This document shows positions 1-8,332 of a stretch of DNA of 32,000 nt, in pieces. The stretch is taken from positions 480,001 to 512,000 of the forward strand of contig NZ_OZ060402.1 in NCBI RefSeq assembly GCF_964059045.1, in the 5' to 3' direction. Both the position numbers and the translations under genes were made by a program. The stretch's first letter is position 1. The number at the start of each line of letters is the position of its first letter. Origin of the DNA: Candidatus Saccharimonadota bacterium. Lineage in GTDB: Bacteria; Pseudomonadota; Gammaproteobacteria; Enterobacterales; Enterobacteriaceae. The notes under the pieces are model-generated. The model was given only the letters and a program-made list of their open reading frames with translations, ran no database searches and had not been told where the DNA came from.

Positions 1-99
1 AATTAAAGTAAAAATCATTGATAATAATAATCCTATACAATAAAATTTTTTTAAATCATTAATTAATTGTAAAGAATAATTATTTTTTTTAAAATTCAT
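1..99 (-). CDS. cyoD: cytochrome bo3 ubiquinol oxidase subunit IV, N-terminal 33 codons (runs off the window start)
   Basis: The ATG at 99..97 overlaps the cyoC stop (TAATG). The frame stays open to position 1. My translation, MNFKKNNYSLQLINDLKKFYCIGLLLSMIFTLI, resembles the E. coli CyoD segment VKTYMTGFILSIILTVI. Its position after cyoC matches the cyoABCDE order. Confidence 0.7.
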   Translation of the reverse strand, partial: MNFKKNNYSLQLINDLKKFYCIGLLLSMIFTLI

Positions 100-698
100 T
101 AACAAACTCCAAATAAATATACAAAAGTAAATAAAAAAATCCATATAATATCTAAAAAATGCCAAAATAAACCCAAACATTTCATTCTAGTATACATGAC
201 ATTATTTAAACCTATTTTTTTTAATTGTAATAAAATCACTATAATCCATATTAATCCTATTATAATATGTATTGCATGTAATCCAATTAAAGTAAAATAA
301 GCAGACAAAAAACCACTTCTCTGAGGTCCATAATTTTTAGATAATAATTTACAAAATTCATATATTTCAATACTAACAAAACATAAACCAAACAAAAAAG
401 TGTTAGACAACCAAAAATAAATTATTTTTTTTTTAGATTCTAAAAAACTAATAACAGCCATACCAAAAAAAAACGAACTAAATAATAAAACAAAAGTTTC
501 TGCTAACACCAATGGTAAATTTATGATGATCATTCCATAAATGTTGTAATCTAAATCATTTAACAATACTGCATAAACAGCAAACATCGTTGAAAAAATA
601 ATACAATCACTCATTAAATACAACCAAAAACCTAATAATATTTTTTTATTGACAACATAATTACTATTCAAACTATTATTTTTATTTAAAAATTGCAT
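99..698 (-). CDS. cyoC: cytochrome bo3 ubiquinol oxidase subunit III
   Basis: 199-aa polytopic membrane ORF with an ATG start. The C-terminal WHFLDIIWIFLFTFVYL is typical of oxidase subunit III. It lies between cyoB and cyoD. Confidence 0.92.
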   Translation of the reverse strand: MQFLNKNNSLNSNYVVNKKILLGFWLYLMSDCIIFSTMFAVYAVLLNDLDYNIYGMIIINLPLVLAETFVLLFSSFFFGMAVISFLESKKKIIYFWLSNTFLFGLCFVSIEIYEFCKLLSKNYGPQRSGFLSAYFTLIGLHAIHIIIGLIWIIVILLQLKKIGLNNVMYTRMKCLGLFWHFLDIIWIFLFTFVYLFGVC

Positions 699-720
699 AT
701 TGATTTTTTTGTCCTATTAT

Positions 721-2673
721 TTATAATTTTGATTTTTCTATTAATTCTATTTGTTTTGATGAAATAAAATAATCATGTTTTTGATTAAAACTATTTAAGA
801 TAACAAAATATATTATTAATAATAATGATAAAATTAATAACCACCAAATATGCCAAATAGCAGAAAAACCAAAAAAAATAGCTAAAACACCAATTATAAA
901 ACCAATATTATTATTTTTAGGCATATAAATATCTTGATAAATAATATTTTTTAATTGTTGTTTAGAAGATTTAACTCTCCAAAAATCATCTCTAGAAAAA
1001 ACAATTGGTAATACTGCAAAATTATATAAAGGAGGTGGAGATGAAGTCGACCATTCTAAAGTTCTAGCATTCCAAGGATCTCCTGTATTATCAACATATT
1101 TTTTTCTATCACGTAATGAAACATAAAATTGTATACATTGACATATAATTCCAATCAAAATAATGAATACTCCAAAAGCAGCAATTGATAATAAAAAATG
1201 AAACTCACTATCTATATTCTGACTTAACCTACGAGTCATACCCATTAAACCTAATATATACAATGGTATAAAAGCAAATAAAAAACCAATAATCCAAAAC
1301 CAAAATGCTCGTTTTCCCCATAATTCATTAAGCATAAAACCAGATATTTTTGGAAACCAATATGTTATTCCAGAAAAACAACCAAAAACAACACCACCAA
1401 TAATTACATTATGAAAATGAGCAACTAAAAATAAACTATTATGAAGTACAAAATCTACACTTGGTAATGATAATAATACACCTGTCATTCCTCCAATAGA
1501 AAAAGTAATAATAAAACCAATAGCCCATAGCATTGAAGAATGCATTCTTACACGACCTTGATACATCGTAAATAACCAATTAAATATCTTTACTCCTGTT
1601 GGGACAGCAATAATCATAGTAGCAATACCAAAAAAAGCATTTACATTAGCACCAGCACCCATAGTAAAAAAATGATGCAACCAAACCATAAAAGACAAAA
1701 TAGTAATTGATATTGTAGCCCAAACTAAAGATACATACCCAAATAAAGATTTTTTAGAAAAAGTAGCCACTACTTCAGAAAAAACACCAAAAACAGGCAA
1801 TATTAAAATATATACTTCAGGATGTCCCCAAATCCAAATTAAATTCACATACATCATCATATTTCCTCCATTTTCAAATGTAAAAAAATGAAAGTCTAAA
1901 TAACGATCTAGTGTTAATAAAAAAAGAGTTAGTGTTAAAACTGGAAATGAAATTAATATTAAAATATTTGTACATAATGCTGTCCAAGAAAAAATTGGCA
2001 TTTTAAACAAATCCATCCCAATTGTTCTCATCTTTAAAATTGTTACTATAAAATTAATACCAGTCAATGTTGTACCAATTCCTGCTAACTGTAAACTCCA
2101 AATCCAATAGTCTACACCTACCCCTGAACTATATTTAATCCCTGACAACGGTGGGTAAGCTAACCACCCTGTTTTAGCAAACTCTCCAATACCTAAAGAT
2201 AAATTGATTAAGACAACTCCCGTTACAGTTAACCAAAAACTTAAATTGTTTAAAAATGGAAAAGCTACATCACGAGCACCTATTTGTAATGGAATTACTA
2301 AATTCATCAAACCAACCACTAATGGCATTGCTACAAAAAAAATCATAATAACACCATGAGCTGTAAAAATTTGATCATAATGATGTGCAGGTAAAAAACC
2401 AGCATGCCCTGAAGATGATAAAAATTGTTGTGCTCTCATCATGATAGCATCAATAAATCCTCTAAAAAACATAATAAAAGAAACGATAAAATACATTACA
2501 GCTATTCTTTTATGATCCACAGAAGTAAACCATTCTAACCATAAATATTGCCATTTTTGAAAATAAGTAATAATAGAAATGATGAATAATGTGAAAAAAA
2601 TAATACCTAAATATGTAAACATAATAATTGGTTCATTATAAGGAATAGCTGATAATGTTAATTTTCCAAACAT
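721..2673 (-). CDS. cyoB: cytochrome bo3 ubiquinol oxidase subunit I
   Basis: 650 aa. The N-terminus [18 protein letters not shown] matches E. coli CyoB (MFGKLSLDAVPFHEPIVM). Heme-copper oxidase motifs [19 protein letters not shown] and VAHFHNV are present. An AAGGA SD lies 7 nt upstream of the ATG. Confidence 0.97.
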   Translation of the reverse strand: MFGKLTLSAIPYNEPIIMFTYLGIIFFTLFIISIITYFQKWQYLWLEWFTSVDHKRIAVMYFIVSFIMFFRGFIDAIMMRAQQFLSSSGHAGFLPAHHYDQIFTAHGVIMIFFVAMPLVVGLMNLVIPLQIGARDVAFPFLNNLSFWLTVTGVVLINLSLGIGEFAKTGWLAYPPLSGIKYSSGVGVDYWIWSLQLAGIGTTLTGINFIVTILKMRTIGMDLFKMPIFSWTALCTNILILISFPVLTLTLFLLTLDRYLDFHFFTFENGGNMMMYVNLIWIWGHPEVYILILPVFGVFSEVVATFSKKSLFGYVSLVWATISITILSFMVWLHHFFTMGAGANVNAFFGIATMIIAVPTGVKIFNWLFTMYQGRVRMHSSMLWAIGFIITFSIGGMTGVLLSLPSVDFVLHNSLFLVAHFHNVIIGGVVFGCFSGITYWFPKISGFMLNELWGKRAFWFWIIGFLFAFIPLYILGLMGMTRRLSQNIDSEFHFLLSIAAFGVFIILIGIICQCIQFYVSLRDRKKYVDNTGDPWNARTLEWSTSSPPPLYNFAVLPIVFSRDDFWRVKSSKQQLKNIIYQDIYMPKNNNIGFIIGVLAIFFGFSAIWHIWWLLILSLLLIIYFVILNSFNQKHDYFISSKQIELIEKSKL

Positions 2674-2770
2674 AATGATTTCCTTATGATAGACTATATT
2701 TTTATAAATTGATTTTTATAAAAATAATTTTGTAAATTTTTATAAAAATTTTATAGAAAATTTTAAATAA

Positions 2771-3625
2771 TTATATTAAATCTATATTTTTTAAAATTTT
2801 TATAAATAAATTCGGCATAATATAAGAAAAATATTCAGTTTTATGATTTTTATCAGGAACTAAAAGTCTTTTAAAATCATTAATAGTACTTATTTTTACT
2901 GTAGAATTTTTAACTGTTTTGATCCATTGATAAAAAATATTATAATTATCAGCAACGATTACTGAAAATTTCATACCAGAAAAACCTTCACCACTATAAT
3001 TAGCTGATATCCCCTTATACTGTCCTGGATGATCAGAAATTAAATTCAATTTACTTTGCATACCTTTCATTGCATAAATTTGACTTCCTAAAGAAGGAAT
3101 AAAAAATGAATTCATAACAGAATAAGAAGTAATATTAAATTTTATAGGAGTGTTAACAGGAAATACAATTTTATTAATTGTAGCAATTTTATAATCTGGA
3201 TAAATAAATAACCATTTCCAATCTAATGCTACTACTTCAATTTTTATTGGATGATGAATTGATATAATTGATTTACTTGGTTCTAAAGCATGTGTGGAAT
3301 GCCATGAGACCAAAGATAAAATAAAAATAATAAAAACAGGCAAACTCCAAATAAAAAATTCTATTTTCTTTGAATAATTCCAATTTGGTAAATATATAGA
3401 ATTAACATTAGATTCTCTGTATTTCCATACAAAATAAAATGTCATAATAATTACTGGTATTACTACACATGACATCATTCCTAAAGATAATAATATTAAA
3501 TGATATTGTTTTTTTGCTATATCTCCTTGAGGATTTAATATTCCATTGGAGAAACCACTTAAACATATAGTTATAATTATTAACATAACTTTTTTAAAAA
3601 CATGATTTTTTTTTATAAAATCCAT
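2771..3625 (-). CDS. cyoA: cytochrome bo3 ubiquinol oxidase subunit II
   Basis: Contains YSGEGFSGMKF, VMNSFFIPSLGSQIYAM and WKYR motifs like E. coli CyoA. The ORF-track start at 3637 is a TTG. The ATG at 3625..3623 is preceded by GAGGTG 5 nt upstream and gives the same N-terminal length as E. coli, so I place the start there. Confidence 0.93.
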   Translation of the reverse strand: MDFIKKNHVFKKVMLIIITICLSGFSNGILNPQGDIAKKQYHLILLSLGMMSCVVIPVIIMTFYFVWKYRESNVNSIYLPNWNYSKKIEFFIWSLPVFIIFILSLVSWHSTHALEPSKSIISIHHPIKIEVVALDWKWLFIYPDYKIATINKIVFPVNTPIKFNITSYSVMNSFFIPSLGSQIYAMKGMQSKLNLISDHPGQYKGISANYSGEGFSGMKFSVIVADNYNIFYQWIKTVKNSTVKISTINDFKRLLVPDKNHKTEYFSYIMPNLFIKILKNIDLI

Positions 3626-4158
3626 GTTACACCTCAATAAGGAAAATTATGTAAGATTTTTGTATCAAGAATTTAATAAATTGTTAATATGAAAAAATTA
3701 TATAAAATTTTTAATCATATTTTTATTTTAGTTGTTTATTCAATTAATTTATATATACAATAATTGTTATAATAAAATATCATCAAAAATTTTAAACAAA
3801 AATTAATAAATAAAATATATTTTATTATAATATTTAAATGTCAAAATAATTTATTAAAATGAAAAATATTAATAAATATTATTATATTTAAAAAATATAA
3901 AATAATTGAAATTAATAATAACTGTCAATAATCTATCATTAAAACTATATTTATTAACAATATAATAAAAATATGGTTTAATATAAAAAATTATATTCTC
4001 AATCAAAAATCAATATATAGATTCAAAAATTATTAATAATTAAAGATCTATATATTTAAATCATTTTATTTCAAGATATATATATTTTGGTCATATTTTA
4101 TAAAAAACACAAATATAAATAAAAAATAAATTTATTATAACAAGAAAGATACGCAACT

Positions 4159-4479
4159 ATGAATATTATTGAAATAAAAATTAAAAAATTAATTAAAGAT
4201 ACAATAAAAACTAACTTAATTAAAATATTGAATCATAGTGATCAACATCAAAAAAAAAATAAAAATATATTAATTACACATTTAACAATTATTATTGTAA
4301 GTCAATCATTTTTAAAACAATCATTATTAAACAGACATCGAACAATACAAAATATTATTCATAAAAATATTCAACCATATATTTATAGTATTTCACTATA
4401 TACATATACTCAACAAGAATGGGAAAAAATTAATAAAAATATGATATATAATACAATATGTATACAAAAAAAATCATAA
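4159..4479 (+). CDS. bolA: BolA-family morphoprotein / transcriptional regulator
   Basis: 106 aa. LNRHRTIQ and SLYTYTQQEWEK align to E. coli BolA FLNRHRMIY and ALHTYTIKEWEG. It lies upstream of tig, as in E. coli. Confidence 0.88.
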   Translation: MNIIEIKIKKLIKDTIKTNLIKILNHSDQHQKKNKNILITHLTIIIVSQSFLKQSLLNRHRTIQNIIHKNIQPYIYSISLYTYTQQEWEKINKNMIYNTICIQKKS

Positions 4480-4482
4480 TAA

Positions 4483-4536
4483 AATTGTTTTTTTGATTGA
4501 TATTATTACGTAATAATATCAATCAAAAAAACAATT
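4483..4536. terminator. 54-nt perfect palindrome (27-bp arms, centre TACGTA) starting 3 nt after the bolA stop; candidate intrinsic terminator hairpin
   Basis: I checked it base by base. AATTGTTTTTTTGATTGATATTATTAC / GTAATAATATCAATCAAAAAAACAATT are exact reverse complements. Its function as a terminator is inferred from position only. Confidence 0.55.
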
Positions 4537-4713
4537 AATAAAATTAATTAGTAAAAATATCTATATATTGTCATCTAGACGATATATAAACTTATATATA
4601 TAATAGAATGAAATTAAATTATAAAAACAACATTTTTTGATTTAATTAATTATAATTTTATCTAATCATATCTCATTCCTACTATATAAGTCATTTTTCT
4701 TGGAGTAAATAAA

Positions 4714-6036
4714 ATGCATGTTGTAATAACAAAAAAAGAAGCTTGCAAACATTGCATGAAAATTACCATGTCATCAAAAATAATAAAAGAAAATATTAAA
4801 AAAAAACTTATAAAAATTCAAAAAGAAACTTCAATTAATGGTTTTAGAAAAGGAAAAGTGCCTTTATCTATTATCAAAACAAATCATATTAATGTAGTTG
4901 AAAATAATATAATTAAAGAATTAATGCAAAAAAAATTTTTAAAAACAATACAAAAAAATAATATCAATGTAATAGGAAAACCTATTTATACTATTAAAAA
5001 ATATCAACCAGATTTAATATTTACTTATTTGATTGATTTTGAAACATATCCAGAATTTAATTTAAAATATCCAAAAATAAAAAATATTAAAAATTTATCA
5101 ATAAAAATAACTGAAGAAGACATAAAAAAATTTATTGAAAATATTGAAAACAAAAAAAAAGAAATATGGAATACAGTTCAAAGACCTATCATAAAACAAG
5201 ATTTAATTACAATAAACTATAAAATATCTATAGATAATAAAATAATACATAAATACACCAAAACAAATTTTAAATTTATTATTGGAAACAATTATTTATT
5301 ACCGATAATAGAAAAAAAAATACTCAAAAACGAAAACAAAAACAAAATTATTATTGAAACAACATTCCCTAATTATCATTGTGACAATTTTATACAAGGA
5401 AAAACAGCAAAAATCAGTCTTGATATTCAAAAAGTAGAAGAAAAACAAAAATATTCATTAAAATCAATATCAAATAAAAAAACTAATAAAAATTATAATG
5501 ACCAAGATTATATTAAATTTTACAATACTATTAAAAAACAAATGAATATTGATGCACAAACTATATCAAGAAATTATTTAAAAAAACAAATACAATATCA
5601 TTTATTAAAAGAAAATTCAATTACAATACCATCTGTAATATTAGACCATGAAGTAATGAAATTAAAAAATGAAATCCATGCAATCTATAAAGAAAAAGGA
5701 GAACCAATTTTATTATCCACACTAAGCTATGAAGATTTGATTAATAACGCAAAAAATAAAGTCAAACTTAAATTGTTGTTTAAAAAAATAGCTGAAACAA
5801 ATAACTGTACTGTTGATGAAACTATCATGAAAATATTAAAAAATAATTTGTTAGCAATTATGAAAAACAATAAAAAACTAAATCAATTATATTTAAATAA
5901 TAATTTTATGAAAATTACTCAAAATTTAGCATTAGAAGAAACAATCTATAACTTTTTGCTAAAAAAACTTAATTTTGTTGAAAAAAAATGTAATTTTCAA
6001 GAAGCTTTAAAAAATACACTAAATGTTTATTTATAA
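4714..6036 (+). CDS. tig: trigger factor (ribosome-associated chaperone / PPIase)
   Basis: 440 aa. It carries the ribosome-binding signature INGFRKGKVP (E. coli IDGFRKGKVP). A GGAG SD lies 8 nt upstream. It precedes clpP-clpX-lon, as in E. coli. Confidence 0.95.
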   Translation: MHVVITKKEACKHCMKITMSSKIIKENIKKKLIKIQKETSINGFRKGKVPLSIIKTNHINVVENNIIKELMQKKFLKTIQKNNINVIGKPIYTIKKYQPDLIFTYLIDFETYPEFNLKYPKIKNIKNLSIKITEEDIKKFIENIENKKKEIWNTVQRPIIKQDLITINYKISIDNKIIHKYTKTNFKFIIGNNYLLPIIEKKILKNENKNKIIIETTFPNYHCDNFIQGKTAKISLDIQKVEEKQKYSLKSISNKKTNKNYNDQDYIKFYNTIKKQMNIDAQTISRNYLKKQIQYHLLKENSITIPSVILDHEVMKLKNEIHAIYKEKGEPILLSTLSYEDLINNAKNKVKLKLLFKKIAETNNCTVDETIMKILKNNLLAIMKNNKKLNQLYLNNNFMKITQNLALEETIYNFLLKKLNFVEKKCNFQEALKNTLNVYL

Positions 6037-6198
6037 TCTTGAAAAACATATATTGATTAATAATATTATTATTACGTTATAAACATAATAGAAAAATAAA
6101 AATATTTAATATAGTTTATAAAATATTTTTAATTAAAAAATTAATAATTATTATGTTTATTTGTTCATTTAAAATCAAAATAAAAATTATGGAAAAAA

Positions 6199-6822
6199 AT
6201 GTTTTATAATTACAAAATGAAAAAAAAAGAAAATAAACAAATGAATTTGATTCCTATAGTTGTAGAAAAAACTATTAGAGGAGAACGTTCTTATGATATT
6301 TTTTCAAGATTATTAAAAGAACGGATTATTTTTATTAATGGGAATATTGATGATGTATTATCTAACATAATTATTGCCCAATTATTATTCTTAGAATCCG
6401 AAAATTCTAAAAAAGACATTTATCTATATATTAACTCTCCAGGTGGTATTATTACTTCAGGTTTATCTATTTATGATACTATGCAATTTATCAAACCAGA
6501 TGTCAGTACTATTTGTATTGGTCAAGCTTGCTCCATGGGTGCGTTTCTTCTTGCTTCTGGAACCAAAGAAAAAAGATTTTCATTACCAAATTCTCAAATT
6601 ATGATTCATCAACCACTTGGTGGATATCAAGGACAAACTACTGATATTGAAATACATACTAAAGAAATAGTTAAAATAAAAAATAAAATTAATAAAATTC
6701 TATCTTTTCATACTAAAAAAGATCTCAGTCTAATAGAAAAAGATACTGAACGAGATTTCTTTTTTACAGCAGAAGAAGCTATTCAATATGGATTAATAGA
6801 TAAAATACTCTATAAAAGATAA
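6199..6822 (+). CDS. clpP: ATP-dependent Clp protease proteolytic subunit
   Basis: 207 aa. It is near-collinear with E. coli ClpP ([39 protein letters not shown] with the catalytic Ser, [12 protein letters not shown] with His, TERDFF with Asp). The 14-aa N-terminal extension before MNLIP matches the E. coli propeptide length, so the 6199 start is plausible. Confidence 0.96.
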   Translation: MFYNYKMKKKENKQMNLIPIVVEKTIRGERSYDIFSRLLKERIIFINGNIDDVLSNIIIAQLLFLESENSKKDIYLYINSPGGIITSGLSIYDTMQFIKPDVSTICIGQACSMGAFLLASGTKEKRFSLPNSQIMIHQPLGGYQGQTTDIEIHTKEIVKIKNKINKILSFHTKKDLSLIEKDTERDFFFTAEEAIQYGLIDKILYKR

Positions 6823-6876
6823 ATAAATAAAAAATACAGCTATTAATAATATATAAAATTATTTAAGAGGTTTCTA

Positions 6877-8139
6877 ATGTCAGATTATCAACAAGAGGAT
6901 AACATAAAAATGTTATATTGTTCCTTTTGTAATAAAAATCAAAAAGAAGTAGAAAAAATGATAGCTGGTCCATCAGTATATATCTGTAACGAATGTATAA
7001 AATTATCTTATACTATAATCAACAATAATGTTATAGAAAATAATAAAAATAAAAATGAAAAAAATATACATTTTAATTTCACCCCAGAAAAAATTAAAAA
7101 ACATTTAGATCAATATATTATAGGTCAAAATCAAGCAAAAAAAGTTCTTGCTGTTGCTGTATATAATCACTATAAAAAAATACATCATTTAAATAAAAAC
7201 GAAGAAGAAGTAGAATTAGGTAAAAGTAACATTTTATTAATTGGACCCAGCGGTAGTGGAAAAACATTACTAGCTGAAACTTTATCAAAATTTTTAGATG
7301 TTCCATTTGCTATTGCTGATGCTACTAGTTTAACTGAAGCCGGATATGTTGGGGAAGATGTAGAAAACATTCTATTAAAACTATTACAAAAAAGTAATTT
7401 TAATGTTAAAAAAGCTGAATTAGGGATAATATACATAGATGAAATTGATAAAATAGCTAAAAAATCTGAAAATATTTCAATTACTCGAGATGTTTCTGGA
7501 GAAGGCGTACAACAAGCATTATTGAAATTAATAGAAGGCACAATAGCAACTGTTCCTCCTAAAGGAGGAAGAAAACATCCGAATCAAGAATGCATACAAA
7601 TTAACACATCTAAAATACTATTTATTTGCGGAGGCACATTTTCAGAATTAAATCAAATTATCGAAAAACGAAACAATCAAAATACAAAAATTGGTTTTCA
7701 ATCAAATTTGAATAATTCATATAAAAATCACAATAAAATTTTAACAAAAGTTATACCAGAAGATTTAATGAAACTTGGTTTAATTCCAGAATTTATTGGC
7801 AGATTGCCAATTCTTATCACACTTGAAGAATTAAATCAAGAATCGTTAATTAAAATTTTATCTCAACCAAAAAATGCCTTGATTAAACAATACCAAAAAT
7901 TATTTGATTTAGAAGGTATTAAACTTAAATTTGATAATAATTCTCTTATTGAAATTTCAAAACAAGCAATTTCAAAAAAAATAGGTGCTCGAAGTTTACG
8001 TTCTATTTTAGAAATGATTTTATTAGAAACAATGTATAATTTACCTTCTTTATCTAATGTTAAAAAGGTATTAATTAATCAATCTGTTATAGCTGGTGAA
8101 TCATTACCGATATTAATATACAAGAATGAAAAAAAATAA
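6877..8139 (+). CDS. clpX: ATP-dependent Clp protease ATP-binding subunit ClpX
   Basis: 420 aa. It has a C4 zinc ribbon (CSFCNK...ICNEC), Walker A GPSGSGKT and Walker [10 protein letters not shown]. An AAGAGG SD is present. Confidence 0.97.
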   Translation: MSDYQQEDNIKMLYCSFCNKNQKEVEKMIAGPSVYICNECIKLSYTIINNNVIENNKNKNEKNIHFNFTPEKIKKHLDQYIIGQNQAKKVLAVAVYNHYKKIHHLNKNEEEVELGKSNILLIGPSGSGKTLLAETLSKFLDVPFAIADATSLTEAGYVGEDVENILLKLLQKSNFNVKKAELGIIYIDEIDKIAKKSENISITRDVSGEGVQQALLKLIEGTIATVPPKGGRKHPNQECIQINTSKILFICGGTFSELNQIIEKRNNQNTKIGFQSNLNNSYKNHNKILTKVIPEDLMKLGLIPEFIGRLPILITLEELNQESLIKILSQPKNALIKQYQKLFDLEGIKLKFDNNSLIEISKQAISKKIGARSLRSILEMILLETMYNLPSLSNVKKVLINQSVIAGESLPILIYKNEKK

Positions 8140-8225
8140 AATATTATCAATGAATTAAATTAAATAAATAATTCTATTTTATGAAATAAAAACATTACTC
8201 TTTTATCATCTTAATTTAATTAATA

Positions 8226-8252
8226 TTAAATCTCAAATATCTATTCCGATAT
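8226..8252 (+). promoter_or_regulatory. candidate sigma-32 (heat-shock) promoter of lon: TTAAAT-N13-TCCGATAT
   Basis: It matches the sigma-32 consensus TTGAA(A)-N13-15-CCCCATNT at 4/6 and 5/7 specified positions. CC plus ATAT is a rare C-containing patch in this spacer. It lies about 80 nt upstream of the lon ATG. Confidence 0.4.
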
Positions 8253-8267
8253 ACTCCATTAATTATG

Positions 8268-8300
8268 GATATCAAAATATAAATAATTTATTTTGATATC
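8268..8300 (+). other. 12-bp perfect stem / 9-nt loop hairpin in the presumed lon 5' leader
   Basis: GATATCAAAATA (8268-8279) pairs with TATTTTGATATC (8289-8300). The structure ends 32 nt before the lon ATG. Confidence 0.35.
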
Positions 8301-8332
8301 TTATATTAAATGAAAAAACAAGAGAGAGATCT

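Noticed and set aside
2699-2748. Three copies of TTTTTATAAA(AA) in the 97-bp cyoA-cyoB spacer
   Set aside because: This is a low-complexity, self-complementary A/T motif. The spacing is irregular (15 and 23 nt), and it is indistinguishable from composition-driven repetition.
2771-3637. ORF-track start of cyoA at 3637
   Set aside because: That codon is TTG. The ATG at 3625 has a GAGGTG SD 5 nt upstream and reproduces the E. coli signal-sequence length, so I moved the start.
3689-3763. 24-codon hydrophobic ORF (MKKLYKIFNHIFILVVYSINLYIQ) in the cyoA-bolA spacer
   Set aside because: It has no SD and lies on the opposite strand from the genes lost here. Short Ile/Leu/Phe/Tyr-rich ORFs arise readily in AT-rich DNA.
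4562-4588. 11-bp hairpin (one G.U pair, loop ATCTA) in the bolA-tig spacer
   Set aside because: It is real as a sequence feature, but it is short, has no U tail and has no positional logic. I cannot assign it a role.
5713-5721. Exact DnaA-box consensus TTATCCACA
   Set aside because: It is a single copy inside the tig coding sequence, with no cluster, no AT-rich unwinding repeats and no flanking replication genes. It is best explained by chance.
6038-6065. CTTGAAA (perfect sigma-32 -35 heptamer) 2 nt after the tig stop, upstream of clpP
   Set aside because: Nothing resembling CCCCATNT follows at 13-15 nt (the sequence there is TAATAATA). A heptamer alone is not enough in this composition. 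The same applies to TTGAAT-N13-AAATATCA upstream of htpG (18742-18768).
7118-7541. Antisense ORFs within clpX (7118-7306, 7185-7541), across the lon start (8272-8463) and within ppiD (11288-11470)
   Set aside because: Each sits opposite a strongly supported conserved CDS. Their compositions are low-complexity mirror images of the sense frame, with no start context.
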